Source: Diplonema japonicum
Taxonomy: Eukaryota; Protista; Euglenozoa: Diplonemea
Direction: 5' to 3'
Length of the DNA stretch: 64,000 nt
NCBI GenBank assembly: GCA_964019335.1
Contig: OZ025702.1
Coordinates: 372,001 to 436,000, forward strand
In this document: one piece after another, positions 35,501 to 47,779 of the stretch
How the letters are laid out: each line of letters opens with the position of its first letter
Position numbering within the stretch: position 1 is the stretch's first letter
Program-made: the position numbers and the translations under genes
The notes under the pieces: model-generated
Seen by the model: only the letters and a program-made list of their open reading frames with translations
The model's database searches: none
Told to the model about the DNA's origin: nothing

Positions 35501-38500
35501 CTACTTGACAAGCAAACAGAAGGACTTTGCTGCACCTGATGAATCTGCTTATGCAAGGCCTGAGACGAGCCAAGCACCTGAGAGGCGTGCAATCCCCACC
35601 GACCCTGACCACTTCATGACCAGCAAGCAGCAGGACTATGCCAACTATGGTGAAGAAGCATACAGCCCTGCCCGTGAGGAACATGCTGCACCTGAGAGGC
35701 AGGCAATCCCCACTGACCCTGACCACTACTTGACGAGCAAACAGAAGGACTTTGCAGCTCCTGATAAGTCGGCCTATGCAAGACCGGATGGATACGATAG
35801 CCCCTCGAGACAGCTGACCCAAGCAGACCCTGACCACTTCACCACCAGCAAGCAGATGGACTACGGTGCTCCTGATGAGTCCGCCTATGCCAGACCCGAG
35901 CAAATGGGTAGTCCTAGCAGGGGACTTACCCAGGCTGACCCTGACCATTTCATGACCAGCAAACAGAAGGACTATGGTGCTCCTGATGAATCGGCCTACG
36001 CTAGACCTGACCATATGGTGAGCCCTGGGAGAGAACTGACAGCAGCTGACCCTGATCATTTCTTGACCAGCAAACAGAGGGACTATGCCGCTCCTGATGA
36101 ATCTGCTTATGCCAGACCTGACGGACAACAAAGTCCTTCAAGGCAGCTGACTCAGGCTGACCCTGACCACTTTACTACAAGCAAGCAACAAGATTATGGT
36201 GCTCCTGATGAGTCTGCTTACGCACGCCCTGATCATATGGTGAGCCCTGGGAGAGAACTTACTCAGGCCGACCCTGACCACTTCACCACCAGCAAACAGA
36301 AGGACTACGCCGCACCTGATGCTTCAGCTTACGCGCGTCCTGAGAACATGGCGAGTCCAGGGAGAGAACTGACTCAGGCTGACCCTGACCATTTCACCAC
36401 CAGCAAGCAGAAAGACTACGCTGCTCCTGATGACTCCGCTTATGCAAGACCTGATCACATGGTGAGCCCCGGGAGGGAGCTTACCCAGGCTGACCCCGAC
36501 CACTTCACCACAAGTAAACAACAGCATTATGGTGCTCCTGATCAGTCGGCCTATGCTAGACCTGAACACATGGCGAGCCCTGGGAGAGAGCTCACCCAAG
36601 CAGACCCTGACCACTTCACCACCAGCAAGCAGAAAGACTACGCTGCCCCTGACGAATCGGCTTACGCAAGACCTGAGCACATGGCAAGCCCTGGAAGAGA
36701 GCTGACAGCTGCTGACCCCGATCACTTTACTACGAGTAAGCAGAAGGACTATGCTGCTCCTGATGAATCCGCCTATGCAAGGCCTGATCACATGGTGAGC
36801 CCCGGGAGGGAGCTTACCCAGGCTGACCCTGACCACTTCACCACAAGTAAACAACAGGATTATGGTGCTCCTGATCAGTCGGCCTATGCTAGACCTGAAC
36901 ACATGGCGAGCCCTGGGAGACAACTTACTCAGGCCGATCCTGACCACTTCACCACCAGTAAGCAGAAGGACTACGCTGCTCCTGATGACTCGGCTTACGC
37001 AAGACCTGAGCACATGGCAAGCCCTGGAAGAGAGCTGACAGCTGCTGACCCCGATCACTTTACTACGAGTAAGCAGAAGGACTATGCTGCTCCTGATGAA
37101 TCCGCCTATGCAAGGCCTGATCACATGGTGAGCCCCGGGAGAGAACTTACCCAAGCAGACCCCGACCACTTCATGACAAGTAAGCAGCAAGACTACTCTG
37201 CTCCTGACTCATCGGCTTACACTCGACCTGAACACATGATGAGTCCTGGGAGGGAACTCACACAGGCTGACCCTGACCACTTCACGACTAGCAAGCAGAA
37301 GGACTACGCTGCTCCTGATGAATCGGCTTATGCGAGACCAGATCACATGGCAAGCCCTGGTAGAGAACTGACTCAGGCTGACCCTGACCACTTCACCACC
37401 AGCAAGCAGATGGACTACGGTGCTCCTGACGAATCGGCTTACGCAAGACCCGCGAATGTAGCCAGCCCTGGCAGAGAGCTGACTCAGGCTGACCCTGATC
37501 ACTTCACCACCAGCAAGCAGAAGGATTATGGTGCTCCTGATGAGTCCGCTTACGCACGACCCGAAAACATGGCGAGTCCTTCGAGGCAGCTTACACAAGC
37601 AGACCCTGACCACTTCACCACCAGCAAGCAGAAGGACTACGCTGCTCCTGATGAGTCAGCTTATGCAAGGCCTGATCACATGGTGAGCCCTGGTAGAGAA
37701 CTTACTCAAGCAGACCCTGACCACTTCACCACCAGCAAGCAGATGGACTATGGTGCCCCTGATGAATCGGCTTATGCAAGACCCGCGAATGTAGCCAGCC
37801 CTGGCAGAGAGCTGACTCAGGCTGACCCTGATCACTTCACCACCAGCAAGCAGAAGGATTATGGTGCTCCTGATGAGTCCGCCTATGCACGACCCGAAAA
37901 CATGGCGAGTCCTTCAAGGCAGCTCACCCAAGCAGACCCTGACCACTTCACCACCAGCAAGCAGAAGGACTACGCTGCTCCTGATGATTCTGCTTATGCA
38001 AGGCCTGATCACATGGTGAGCCCTGGTAGAGAGCTGACGGCTGCTGACCCTGATCACTTCACCACGAGCAAGCAGAAGGACTATGCTGCCCCTGATGAAT
38101 CGGCTTATGCAAGACCCGCGAATGTAGCCAGCCCTGGTAGGGAGCTGACTCAGGCTGACCCTGATCACTTCACCACCAGCAAGCAGAAGGATTATGGTGC
38201 TCCTGATGAGTCTGCCTACGCACGACCCGAAAACATGGCGAGTCCTTCGAGGCAGCTGACTCAGGCAGACCCTGACCACTTCACCACCAGTAAACAGAAG
38301 GATTATGCTGCTCCTGATGAGTCTGCTTACGCTAGGCCTGAGCACATGGTGAGCCCTGGTAGAGAACTTACTCAAGCAGACCCTGACCACTTCACCACCA
38401 GCAAGCAGAAGGACTACGCTGCCCCTGACGACTCTGCTTATGCAAGACCTGAGCACATGGTGAGCCCTGGGAGACAACTTACACAGGCTGATCCTGACCA

Positions 38501-41500
38501 CTTCACCACCAGCAAGCAGAAGGATTATGCTGCTCCTGATGAATCTGCTTATGCCAGGCCTTCCGGTTTTGAAAGTCCTTCAAGGCAGCTCACCCAAGCA
38601 GACCCTGACCACTTCACCACCAGCAAGCAGAAGGACTACGCTGCTCCTGATGATTCTGCTTATGCAAGGCCTGATCACATGGTGAGCCCTGGTAGAGAGC
38701 TGACGGCTGCTGACCCTGACCACTTCACCACCAGCAAGCAGAAGGACTACGCTGCTCCTGACGAATCGGCTTATGCAAGACCCTCGAATGTGGCCAGCCC
38801 TGGTAGGGAGCTGACACAGGCTGACCCTGACCACTTCACCACGAGCAAACAGAAGGATTATGGTGCTCCTGATGAATCGGCTTACGCACGACCCGAAAAC
38901 ATGGCGAGTCCTTCGAGGCAGCTGACTCAGGCTGATCCTGACCACTTCACCACCAGCAAACAGAAGGACTATGCTGCTCCCGACGACTCCGCATATGCAA
39001 GACCCGAACACATGGTGAGCCCTGGTAGAGAACTTACTCAAGCAGACCCCGACCACTTCACCACCAGCAAACAGAAGGACTACAGTGCCCCTGATGAATC
39101 GGCTTATGCAAGACCTGAGCACATGGCAAGCCCTGGGAGAGAACTGACAGCAGCAGACCCTGACCACTTCACCACCAGCAAGCAAAAGGATTATGCTGCT
39201 CCTGATGAATCTGCGTACGCCAGACCTTCCGGTTTTGAAAGTCCTTCAAGGCAGCTCACCCAAGCAGACCCTGACCACTTCACCACCAGCAAGCAGAAGG
39301 ACTACGCTGCTCCTGATGATTCTGCTTACGCCAGACCTGAACACATGGTGAGTCCTGGAAGAGAACTGACAGCAGCAGACCCTGATCACTTCACCACCAG
39401 CAAACAGAAGGACTACGCTGCTCCTGATGATTCTGCCTATGCACGACCTGAGCACATGGCGAGCCCAAGCAGAGGGCTAACAGCAGCTGACCCGGACCAC
39501 TTCCAAACAAGCAAACAGAAGGATTATGCTGCTCCTGATGAATCTGCGTACGCCAGACCTTCCGGTTTTGAAAGTCCTTCAAGGCAGCTCACCCAAGCAG
39601 ACCCTGACCACTTCACCACCAGCAAGCAGAAGGATTATGGTGCCCCTGACGAATCGGCTTACGCAAGACCCGCGAATGTAGCCAGCCCTGGTAGAGAGCT
39701 GACTCAGGCTGACCCTGACCACTTCACCACCAGCAAACAGAAGGACTATGGTGCTCCTGATGAGTCCGCTTACGCGCGACCTGAGCACATGGTGAGCCCA
39801 GGAAGGGCTCTTACATCTGCTGACCCTGATCATTTCCAGACAAGCAAACAGAAGGACTACGCTGCTCCTGATGAATCCGCATACAAGAAGCCCATGGCAT
39901 CGGTGACACCTCGAAGAGCGCTCACTTCTGCAGACCCTGACCACTTCACCACCAGCAAACAGAAGGACTACGCTGCTCCTGATGATTCTGCTTACGCCAG
40001 ACCTGAACACATGGTGAGTCCTGGAAGAGAACTGACAGCAGCAGACCCTGATCACTTCACCACCAGCAAACAGAAGGATTATGGTGCTCCCGATGAGTCA
40101 GCTTACGCGAGACCTGAGCACTTGGTGAGTCCTGGGAGAGAACTGACAGCAGCTGATCCAGACCACTTTAAAACTAGCAAACAGAAGGATTATGGTGCTC
40201 CTGACGAATCCGCCTATGCAAGGCCCACAGGTCATGAAAGTCCCTCGAGGCAGCTAACGCAGGCCGACCCTGACCACTTCACCACTAGTAAGCAAAAGGA
40301 TTTCGGGGCGCCTGACGAATCGGCCTATGCACGACCTGCGCACATGGTGAGCCCTAACAGGGCTCTAACCTCTGCAGACCCTGACCACTTCCAGACCAGC
40401 AAGCAGAAGGACTATGCGGCCCCCGATGGGTCTGCGTACCACAAGCCTCTTGCCTCTGCGACACCGCGAAGAGCGTTAAGCCAGGCTGATCCAGACCACT
40501 TCCAGACAAGCAAGCAGAAGGATTACGGTGCTCCTGGTGCTGAAGCCTACAGCAAGCCAGCAGTGTCGGAAACGCCAAGGAGAAACCTTACTCAAGCTGA
40601 CCCCGACCACTACAAGACAAGCAAGCAGAAGGACTACGCTGCTCCTGATGCAGCGGCGTACAGTGTTGGGGCACCTCATGAGACACCACGAAGGGAACTC
40701 ACGAACGCTGGACCCGACCACTTCAAAACGAAAAACCAAAAAGACTTCCCGAAGTACGGCCAAGACAGCTACACGCCGCGACGGGAAGCAGCATCTCGTA
40801 CTCCACACCAGCTTTCCTCTGCTGACCCTGACCACTTCATGTCGAGCAAGCAGAAGGACTACGCTGCTCCTGACGCTTTAAGCTACCTTAAACCGAAGTC
40901 CCTGCCCAGCCCCACACGACGATTGACGTCTGCCGACCCTGACCACTTCCAAACGAGCAAGCAAAAGGACTATGGTGCTCCCGACGACTCTGCCTACCCC
41001 AAGCTCAACAAGGTCAGCACGCCGAGGAAGAGGCTTTCTGAAGCAGGGCCTGACCATTTCAAAACGAAAAACCAGACGGATTTCCCGAAATATGGCAGCG
41101 AAACGTACACCCCAAGGAGGGGCTCTGTGCAGAACGAACCGCGAGGGCTATCGAGGGCTGACTCTGGGCATTTCCAAAGCAGCAAGCAGCGGGACTACTC
41201 GGCGCCACCCTCGAAGGCGTACCCCAAGCCAGAGGTGAGGAACTTCGCGCAGAAAAAACAGTTGTCGAGTGCTGGACCGGACCACTTCATGACGAGCAAG
41301 CAGAAGGAGTTCGGTGCGCCCGACAGCTCAGCGTACCCTAAGAAGGCACCGTCGCAGCCGCCTTCAGTGAGGAGATCCATTGCCGACCCCGACCATTACC
41401 AGAGCACCAACAAGACGGCATTCGCCGCACCGGCAAAACAGTCGAGCTTCGCGGGGTCCAAGCCGCGTGCGAGGTCTGTGAACCCTGCAAAGATGTCAAG

Positions 41501-42211
41501 CGCGGGACCCGAACACTGGAAGACAAGCAACAAGAGAGACTTCGGTGCACCTGATTCTTCGTCGTACTCCAAGCCACTCCCGCCAGCGAGCCCGTCCAGG
41601 AGCCTGAGCAGGGCAGACAGCGGCCACTTCACTTCCTCCAACAAGGCGAACTACCAGGCTCCAACGAAAGCAGCCTACCCGAGGTGTGTTCTCTTTTTAA
41701 ATATTTTCCAAGTTCTTTTTCCAGTCCGTCTGTGCAGAGGAGCCAGCGCAGGGAGATGTCCAAAGCCGCACCGGACCACTTCAAGACCAGCAACGGGAAC
41801 GACTATGCGTCCCCTAACCCGGGGTCGTACCAACGCCAGAGGGTATGAAGGAATACGGGATGGAAAAAAAAGAATTGAATTGCTTTCTGCAGAATGACAG
41901 TGGAACTCCTTCTGTGAGGCGCTCTGTCGCTGATGCTGACCATTTCAGGTCGTCGAACAAAATGGCCTATGCGCCACCGTCGGTGTGTTTTAAAAAAAAA
42001 GGGGGAATAGGGGAAAAATAGGCCGACGCGTACCGGGGGTTTAGCAAGGGGTCAAATGCCTCCCTTCCGAGGGTGACGCCTTCGAGGGCAGGAGCTGACC
42101 ACTTTACGTATGTGGAATGGGGAAGAAAAAAAAAAAAAAAAAAAAAAAACACACAGTACGAGTAGTCAGGCGAATTTCCCTAACTACGGAAGCAGTGCCT
42201 ACGTGCGGTAG
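32568..42211 (+). CDS. Giant (~3,150 aa) tandem-repeat protein, SAXO/MAP6 Mn-motif-like putative microtubule-binding protein; introns 41684-41724, 41843-41892, 41983-42021, 42108-42156
   Basis: Roughly 80 repeats of 37-38 aa with core DPDHF(T/M)TSKQKDY; splicing the four introns restores further repeats. Confidence 0.75.
32790..41680 (+). repeat. Coding tandem repeat: 225-nt dimers with 675-nt higher-order period (~33000-35790), then 111-nt monomers
   Basis: Near-identical antisense ORFs recur at 33364/34039/34714/35389 (675-nt spacing); 37-aa period downstream. Confidence 0.95.
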
Positions 42212-42259
42212 GGAGAAGTTAAGTTTATATATACATTGGAGGGGAAATTTAATTACAGT

Positions 42260-42307
<48 letters not shown>

Positions 42308-43406
42308 CTTTTCTTTTTTTTCCAGGATCGATTTTTTTTAAGGAGTCTCCCCCCAACAAAATCCCACCCCTAAATGTACGCACCGTGGGGGGGGGGGGGG
42401 GGGTCAGAGGAACAGAAATAAAGAAAGAATGGAAACAAAAAAAGTCCTCTCCCCCCCCCCCCCCCCCTTGTTCCTCCCTTCCCCTTCACATCCCCCACTA
42501 CGCGAAATTACCGAAACCAACGGGAAGAAAAAAAAGAAAAGAAAACAAAGTACACCCTCCTCCTGGTTTTTTTTTTGTGATTCCCTACTCGGGGAAAAAG
42601 AAAAAGAAACCAAGGGCGAGGGGAAAAAAAAAAAAAAAGGTGAAGGCTATACCCTATTTTTCATTTCTCTTTTTTCATTTCATTTTTTTTAAAAGATTTT
42701 ATGACCTCTTCACAAACCTTCCCCCTTTAATTTATCTTTCATCCTTTCACCCCCCTTTTTATTTTCTTTCTTACAAGAGCGAGAATTAGAAAAAGAAACT
42801 TAAAGTGACCCTATTATTCTTCATTGAAAAAAGGGACTTTTTGGCGGAAGGGAAACAAATGTCTTGCGTAGCTTGGGTACAACCTGAGGTACGCCTCAAG
42901 TGTCTTTTCTCAAAAGAAATAGAAAAAAAAAAACAAGCCGTAAGGTATTCGTTGGAAAAGAAAAAAAAAAAAAAAAAAAAAAAAAAACCAAAAATAAGCG
43001 TAGCGTTCCTTCTTATTTGTATTAACCCCGATGTATCGAGACCCTGCCCTCCTTTTTTTTTCCTCTTTTTTTTCTGTTTTTTTTTTTCTTCCCTCTCCCC
43101 CCTTCCCTGTTACCACTTATATGTTATTCCCCCCCATTTACCCCCCCCCCCCCCCCAACTCTTCCTCATCCCCATTGTGACCCCAAAAATCCTCCCTTCC
43201 TCAAATCCACCCCTGATCTTTTTTTTTTTTTTTACCCCTTGTTTTTTTTTTTCATTTTCTTTCTTCTCTTTTTTAACAAAACAAACTTTATTGAACCCAA
43301 ACAGAAAGACACCCCCCTCTTCCCTCTTTTCTACCCCCTTTGGGGGGTGGGGTGGGGGGGGGGGGGGGGGTGGGTCTCACCCAAAAAAAAAAAAAAAATC
43401 CCAATT

Positions 43407-45845
43407 ATGGATCTCAAAACAATCTTATTATTGAGCATCACACTAGAGGCACTGCTATGGACGGCAGAGGGCACGACGACCGTTCAAGAAAACCCGTCAA
43501 TCTACGATGAGAAGCTCAGCACCATCAATATCATTATAATAAGCGTGGCGGGTGCAGGGGTATTGGGACTAACAGTGTTCATAGGATGCAAGGCAACACA
43601 CGGACAAGTCCACGCAGCCACACTAGTGTTCGGCTTTGTAGGCTTGGCCGTGATCATCGCTGGCGCATCGTGGGCAGTAACAGTAACAGGCTCACGCGAG
43701 GTAATCCGCGACCACGCAGCAGGCTTGTTATGGCACTCTGCCCAGGAAGTATCCGAACGGCTGTGCACAGAACTTAACCTCGGGTTCGGGTTAATGCACA
43801 CCATAGCGCTCTCTTACCAACGCTCACCAGGCAACGCAAACGTTCTATCAGGTTGGAACGTGTCCAATATGTACTACCGTGACCTCATGGCCACTATCGG
43901 GTCACAGTCGACTACTATTGAGAATATTTATTCGTCTACACCGGACGGTGTTTTCGCTGGGATCGGTCGGTGGACGGAAATGGACTACATAGTCCTTATT
44001 GGGTATTCCTCTGTTGACGACGAGACGCTGCTTCCCAGGAACATGTCGTGCGAGGAGGGGTGCAACTCAAAGGTCCCATCGTTGCTGACGTACATCGTGC
44101 CTTCCGATAGTTTGGATTTGGAGTTTTCATCGATCCACGAACAGCTTCCATGGTCGCCTCTCGAACGCTGTTGGTATTATGATGTTGATAAGGAGTCTGA
44201 TGTTCCGAAGTGGTCCGGGGTGTATGTGTTTGAAGGGGCGCAGAGGAGCACCGGGATAACCCTGTCGCTCCCTATCAGAGTCGCGGGGAAGGGTTTTGCA
44301 GGGATTGCTGCAATTGACTATTCGACCGCGAGCCTTGCTCCGATTCTCTCGCAGCTTCCCCCGACGGCAAATTCTGTCATCCATGTCGCGACTCTGAACC
44401 TCATTTTGGTAAGCACATCCCTACCCACCTCAGATCTCGTCTTGGAAGTAGGAACAACCCAGGCTGATTTGTACAAAGACACCATTAACATCACTTCTGC
44501 TCGGAGGGGTTCCCGGCTCCGTTCCCCCTTCGACACCGTTTTAAACCGTTTCAAAACGATGGAGGAAGCGTCCAAGCAGTCTGCGATCCTCAAAGCAGGC
44601 TCCGACATTGTCTTGTTGTACCCTATTGAGATCAAAGGCGGCCTGCGCCTCGTGATGACGATCTCGCTCCCGTACAGCGACGTGATGGGGAAGGCAGACA
44701 CAGCGTCAACGACAGCACTGCTCCTCGCAGTCGCCATCAGCATCTTCTGCGGTGCGTTGATGTACGTTGGAGTGGAGTTCCTCCTTCGACCATTACAAGG
44801 ACTCGCCACGGATATGAACGAGGTGGCGTGGATGAGACTCGACGCGGTTTACCTGGAGAAAAACCTCAGCGCTATTTATGAAATCGCGTGGATGCAGAAG
44901 TCGTTCAAGCTCATGGTCAGGAACCTCATGGAGTACAAGGAGTACCTTCCGCAGACAGTTCTATTAGACGAGAACGATGAAGAGACACCATCACCATCAC
45001 CTGACACAGTACAACCTTTCGACAATGAGAAGGCAACAAAGAGCTCCAGCTCAAAATCGCTGGGGATGTTCCGCCCCGTACAGGGGCTAATGAAGAGGAA
45101 CGTGACATTGATGGCTGTCAACGTGAAGAGGTTCAACGTGCTGTCCCTTGCATCAGGGTTCGCAGAGGCGTTCGAGACATACCTTGGTGTCATAGTGGAG
45201 ACGACATCAGTCTATGACGGAATTATAGATCGGTTCAATGGAGATAAGGTTTTTTCACATTTCAACGTGGCCCGCACGTCTGTAAGACACCGGGTGAATT
45301 CTGTGAAATGTGCAGGCAGGGTGCGGACAAGCTTGAAAGAAACTTGTTCTTTCAGAGACGTCAACTTTGGGATATCAGGCGGCGAGGCACTATGCGGGGA
45401 CGTTGGGTGCAAAACACTCAGAAAACATTGCGTAATCGGTTTCCCTGCTACGGTAGTAGCTGTAATTGAACGGCTAGGGTGCAAACATGATATTTCTATT
45501 GCGTGTTGTGGTGAGGTTGCGGGAGACACATTCAAGGTTTTTGAACATCGTGCTGCCGCCATTATCAAGCTTAACCATCACCGTCCTGTGGTAGCTTACG
45601 AAATCGCCGGTCGAGCACCAACGGACGATGAACAATGGCTTTACGAGCAGCAAACTGGGGATAGAACCTCCCCAGCTCACGCTGCTTACAACACAGCGTT
45701 CATTCTGATGTGGGAGGGTAGACACCGAGAGGCCTTAGCCGCCTTGTCCAATTCCCACGTCCCTGACAAGGACCTGTCTCTTAGAAAACAAATAGAAGCT
45801 TATATGCGAACCAATGAGGTCCCTAAACCACCTACTTTTTGTTAA
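43407..45845 (+). CDS. Receptor-type class III nucleotide-cyclase-like protein (TM, Cache-like, TM, HAMP-like, cyclase-like), paralog 1
   Basis: Signal peptide, RCWY...WSGVYVF Cache motif, EYLPQ linker, IDRFNGD, GISGGEALCGDVG. Confidence 0.8.
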   Translation: MDLKTILLLSITLEALLWTAEGTTTVQENPSIYDEKLSTINIIIISVAGAGVLGLTVFIGCKATHGQVHAATLVFGFVGLAVIIAGASWAVTVTGSREVIRDHAAGLLWHSAQEVSERLCTELNLGFGLMHTIALSYQRSPGNANVLSGWNVSNMYYRDLMATIGSQSTTIENIYSSTPDGVFAGIGRWTEMDYIVLIGYSSVDDETLLPRNMSCEEGCNSKVPSLLTYIVPSDSLDLEFSSIHEQLPWSPLERCWYYDVDKESDVPKWSGVYVFEGAQRSTGITLSLPIRVAGKGFAGIAAIDYSTASLAPILSQLPPTANSVIHVATLNLILVSTSLPTSDLVLEVGTTQADLYKDTINITSARRGSRLRSPFDTVLNRFKTMEEASKQSAILKAGSDIVLLYPIEIKGGLRLVMTISLPYSDVMGKADTASTTALLLAVAISIFCGALMYVGVEFLLRPLQGLATDMNEVAWMRLDAVYLEKNLSAIYEIAWMQKSFKLMVRNLMEYKEYLPQTVLLDENDEETPSPSPDTVQPFDNEKATKSSSSKSLGMFRPVQGLMKRNVTLMAVNVKRFNVLSLASGFAEAFETYLGVIVETTSVYDGIIDRFNGDKVFSHFNVARTSVRHRVNSVKCAGRVRTSLKETCSFRDVNFGISGGEALCGDVGCKTLRKHCVIGFPATVVAVIERLGCKHDISIACCGEVAGDTFKVFEHRAAAIIKLNHHRPVVAYEIAGRAPTDDEQWLYEQQTGDRTSPAHAAYNTAFILMWEGRHREALAALSNSHVPDKDLSLRKQIEAYMRTNEVPKPPTFC

Positions 45846-46222
45846 TCACCTGCATACAATTGGATTGAAAGAGGGAGGAAAAAAAAAGGGGGGGTTTTTT
45901 TTTTTTTTTTCCCATCCGTTCGCCCTTCTATCCCCCTGCCTCCTCTTTTTTTTTTTTTTTTTTTCGCTCTGAATACACCGTACCTCTTTTTCTCTCCCTC
46001 CCCGAAGAGATGGAAAAAGGGGGATGGGATAAGAAGGAATGGGCTTGTCGCCGCCGCCTCCCTTTGGTTTCCCCCATTTTTATTTTCTTCTTCTTTTGTT
46101 CTAAAGTTGAGTTATGAACAAAGAACTATGAAAATAAGGAAATACAATCATGAAACGCGCGTGGCCCTCGTCATATCATGGCCTGCTGCGGAGGGGTCAG
46201 TACACTAAAAAAAATAACAAGG

Positions 46223-46260
<38 letters not shown>

Positions 46261-46610
46261 TCAATTCTTTTTTTTTTTTTAAACCTTCAACAGAACCGTG
46301 AAAGGCGCAAACTTTCCCGGCTGCCCCTCCCCCTCCCTCCCCTCCCTCTTTATTTTTTCTCTCTTTTACAGAATGAGAGCAAGAGCACCCTTCTTCTATT
46401 TGGATTAGGGGAAGAGATTCACCGGCAATTTTCGAGGAAAATAGTTTGCAGCTTTTCAGGTTGTGCCCTTCCTTTTTCTTCTTGGGGGGAGTAGAGGCGG
46501 GGAAGAAAATCCCTCCTCTTTTTTTTTTTTTTTAGGGCGGCCCTCTAGCGGGGGGCTTGTCCTGTACTTTGAGTTTTTTTTTGTTTTAACAATATTATTG
46601 TCGAGACTAA

Positions 46611-46760
46611 AAACTAGTTGATGGCAGCGTAATGAGCTATTTTATTAGGTAAAATTCCGCTCGTGCGCACAAACAAAGAAAATGTCAAGGGACGAGTTCG
46701 AACTAGGGAAGGTTAAGTGGACGGACGTGCGCACAAACAAATGGAGCGCCAAACTAGTTT
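46611..46760. repeat. Small element bounded by AAACTAGTT with internal GTGCGCACAAACAAA direct repeats
   Basis: AAACTAGTTGATGGC...GCGCCAAACTAGTTT ends; 15-bp direct repeat at ~46664 and ~46727. Confidence 0.4.
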
Positions 46761-47779
46761 TTTTTTTTTTTTTTTTTTTTTTTTTCTTTTTTTTTCTGTG
46801 GCCCTGTGGGCCCACATGCCTAATGATCAGTTCTTAAAACTAGAACGCTGGAGTATCTCTAAATTTGTCCCTTAGAGCTCCTCCTGAAGAGAGTCCAAAA
46901 AAAAGTAAATTGAGATTTACAGTACTAAATGAAGGAATGATCTCAAAGAAAAGCAAAACAAAACAAAAAAAAAGAGTGGCCCCAAAAAATATCAGTTGAT
47001 AAAGAATATTGGAAGGGATCCCCTGGCCTTGCACGCTGCGTGTATAACCTTTTAAGGTTAAACCATGCTACAGTGAGGCTCATCAACAAACGATCGCAAA
47101 GGTCCCCCTTTTTTTTCCTCGGCAAATTTAATTTTCCCCCCTCTTTGCCTACTCCCCTCCTCTCTTTTTCTGGTTCGTCTAAGTAGCTGTATCCCCTTCC
47201 CAATTTCACAGAATTTTTGAGATAGATCATTTTCGCCTGTGATACTGTTCAGCTGGTTTGCTTTCAAAAAAAAAAAAAAAAAAGTTTTAACTTTGCTTAG
47301 CTTTCAACACATGGAGGGGAGAAAAGTTAGGGGTGGGGGGGGGGGGGGGGGAAAGAACCCCCCCTCCTCAACGCCTGACCCTCTTCCAACCCGTTGACCC
47401 TATTCCTTCCAGAGACGGAGCAAGAAGAACCACAGCACTAAGCCTCATGGTTAATGGTGCTACATTTTGTGAAGGAAGAGAGGGAACAGGGATAAATTAA
47501 AAAAAAAAATAAAAATAAAGAAAAAAAAAACCCCCCCCCCATGGCTCCCGGGCATTCTATTAAAGATTTGTCCTCCTTTCCCGCTTTCCAAGACGCACGT
47601 GGCTGAGCCTCCTCCCCTTCCCCCACCCGCACATGCTCTTCGTTATCCGTTTTTTTTTTTTTTTTTTTTTTTTTGTTTTTTGTTTCGTGTGTTTTTCTTT
47701 TCTTTTTTCTTCCTTCTTTTTTTTTTCTTTTTGTTTCAATACTAAAGACAAAAAAAAAAAAGAAAGGAAGGGGGGTACC

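Noticed and set aside
32844-41644. Long minus-strand ORFs (up to 870 aa) over the repeat gene
   Set aside because: Antisense shadows of a periodic coding repeat with no independent motifs
32790-41680. CRISPR-like repeat-spacer appearance
   Set aside because: Variation is codon-structured within one ORF, spacers are not unique, there are no cas genes, and the context is eukaryotic
46555-46575. CTGTACTTTG similarity to a spliced-leader exon end
   Set aside because: Too short, with no following GT donor or SL RNA structure
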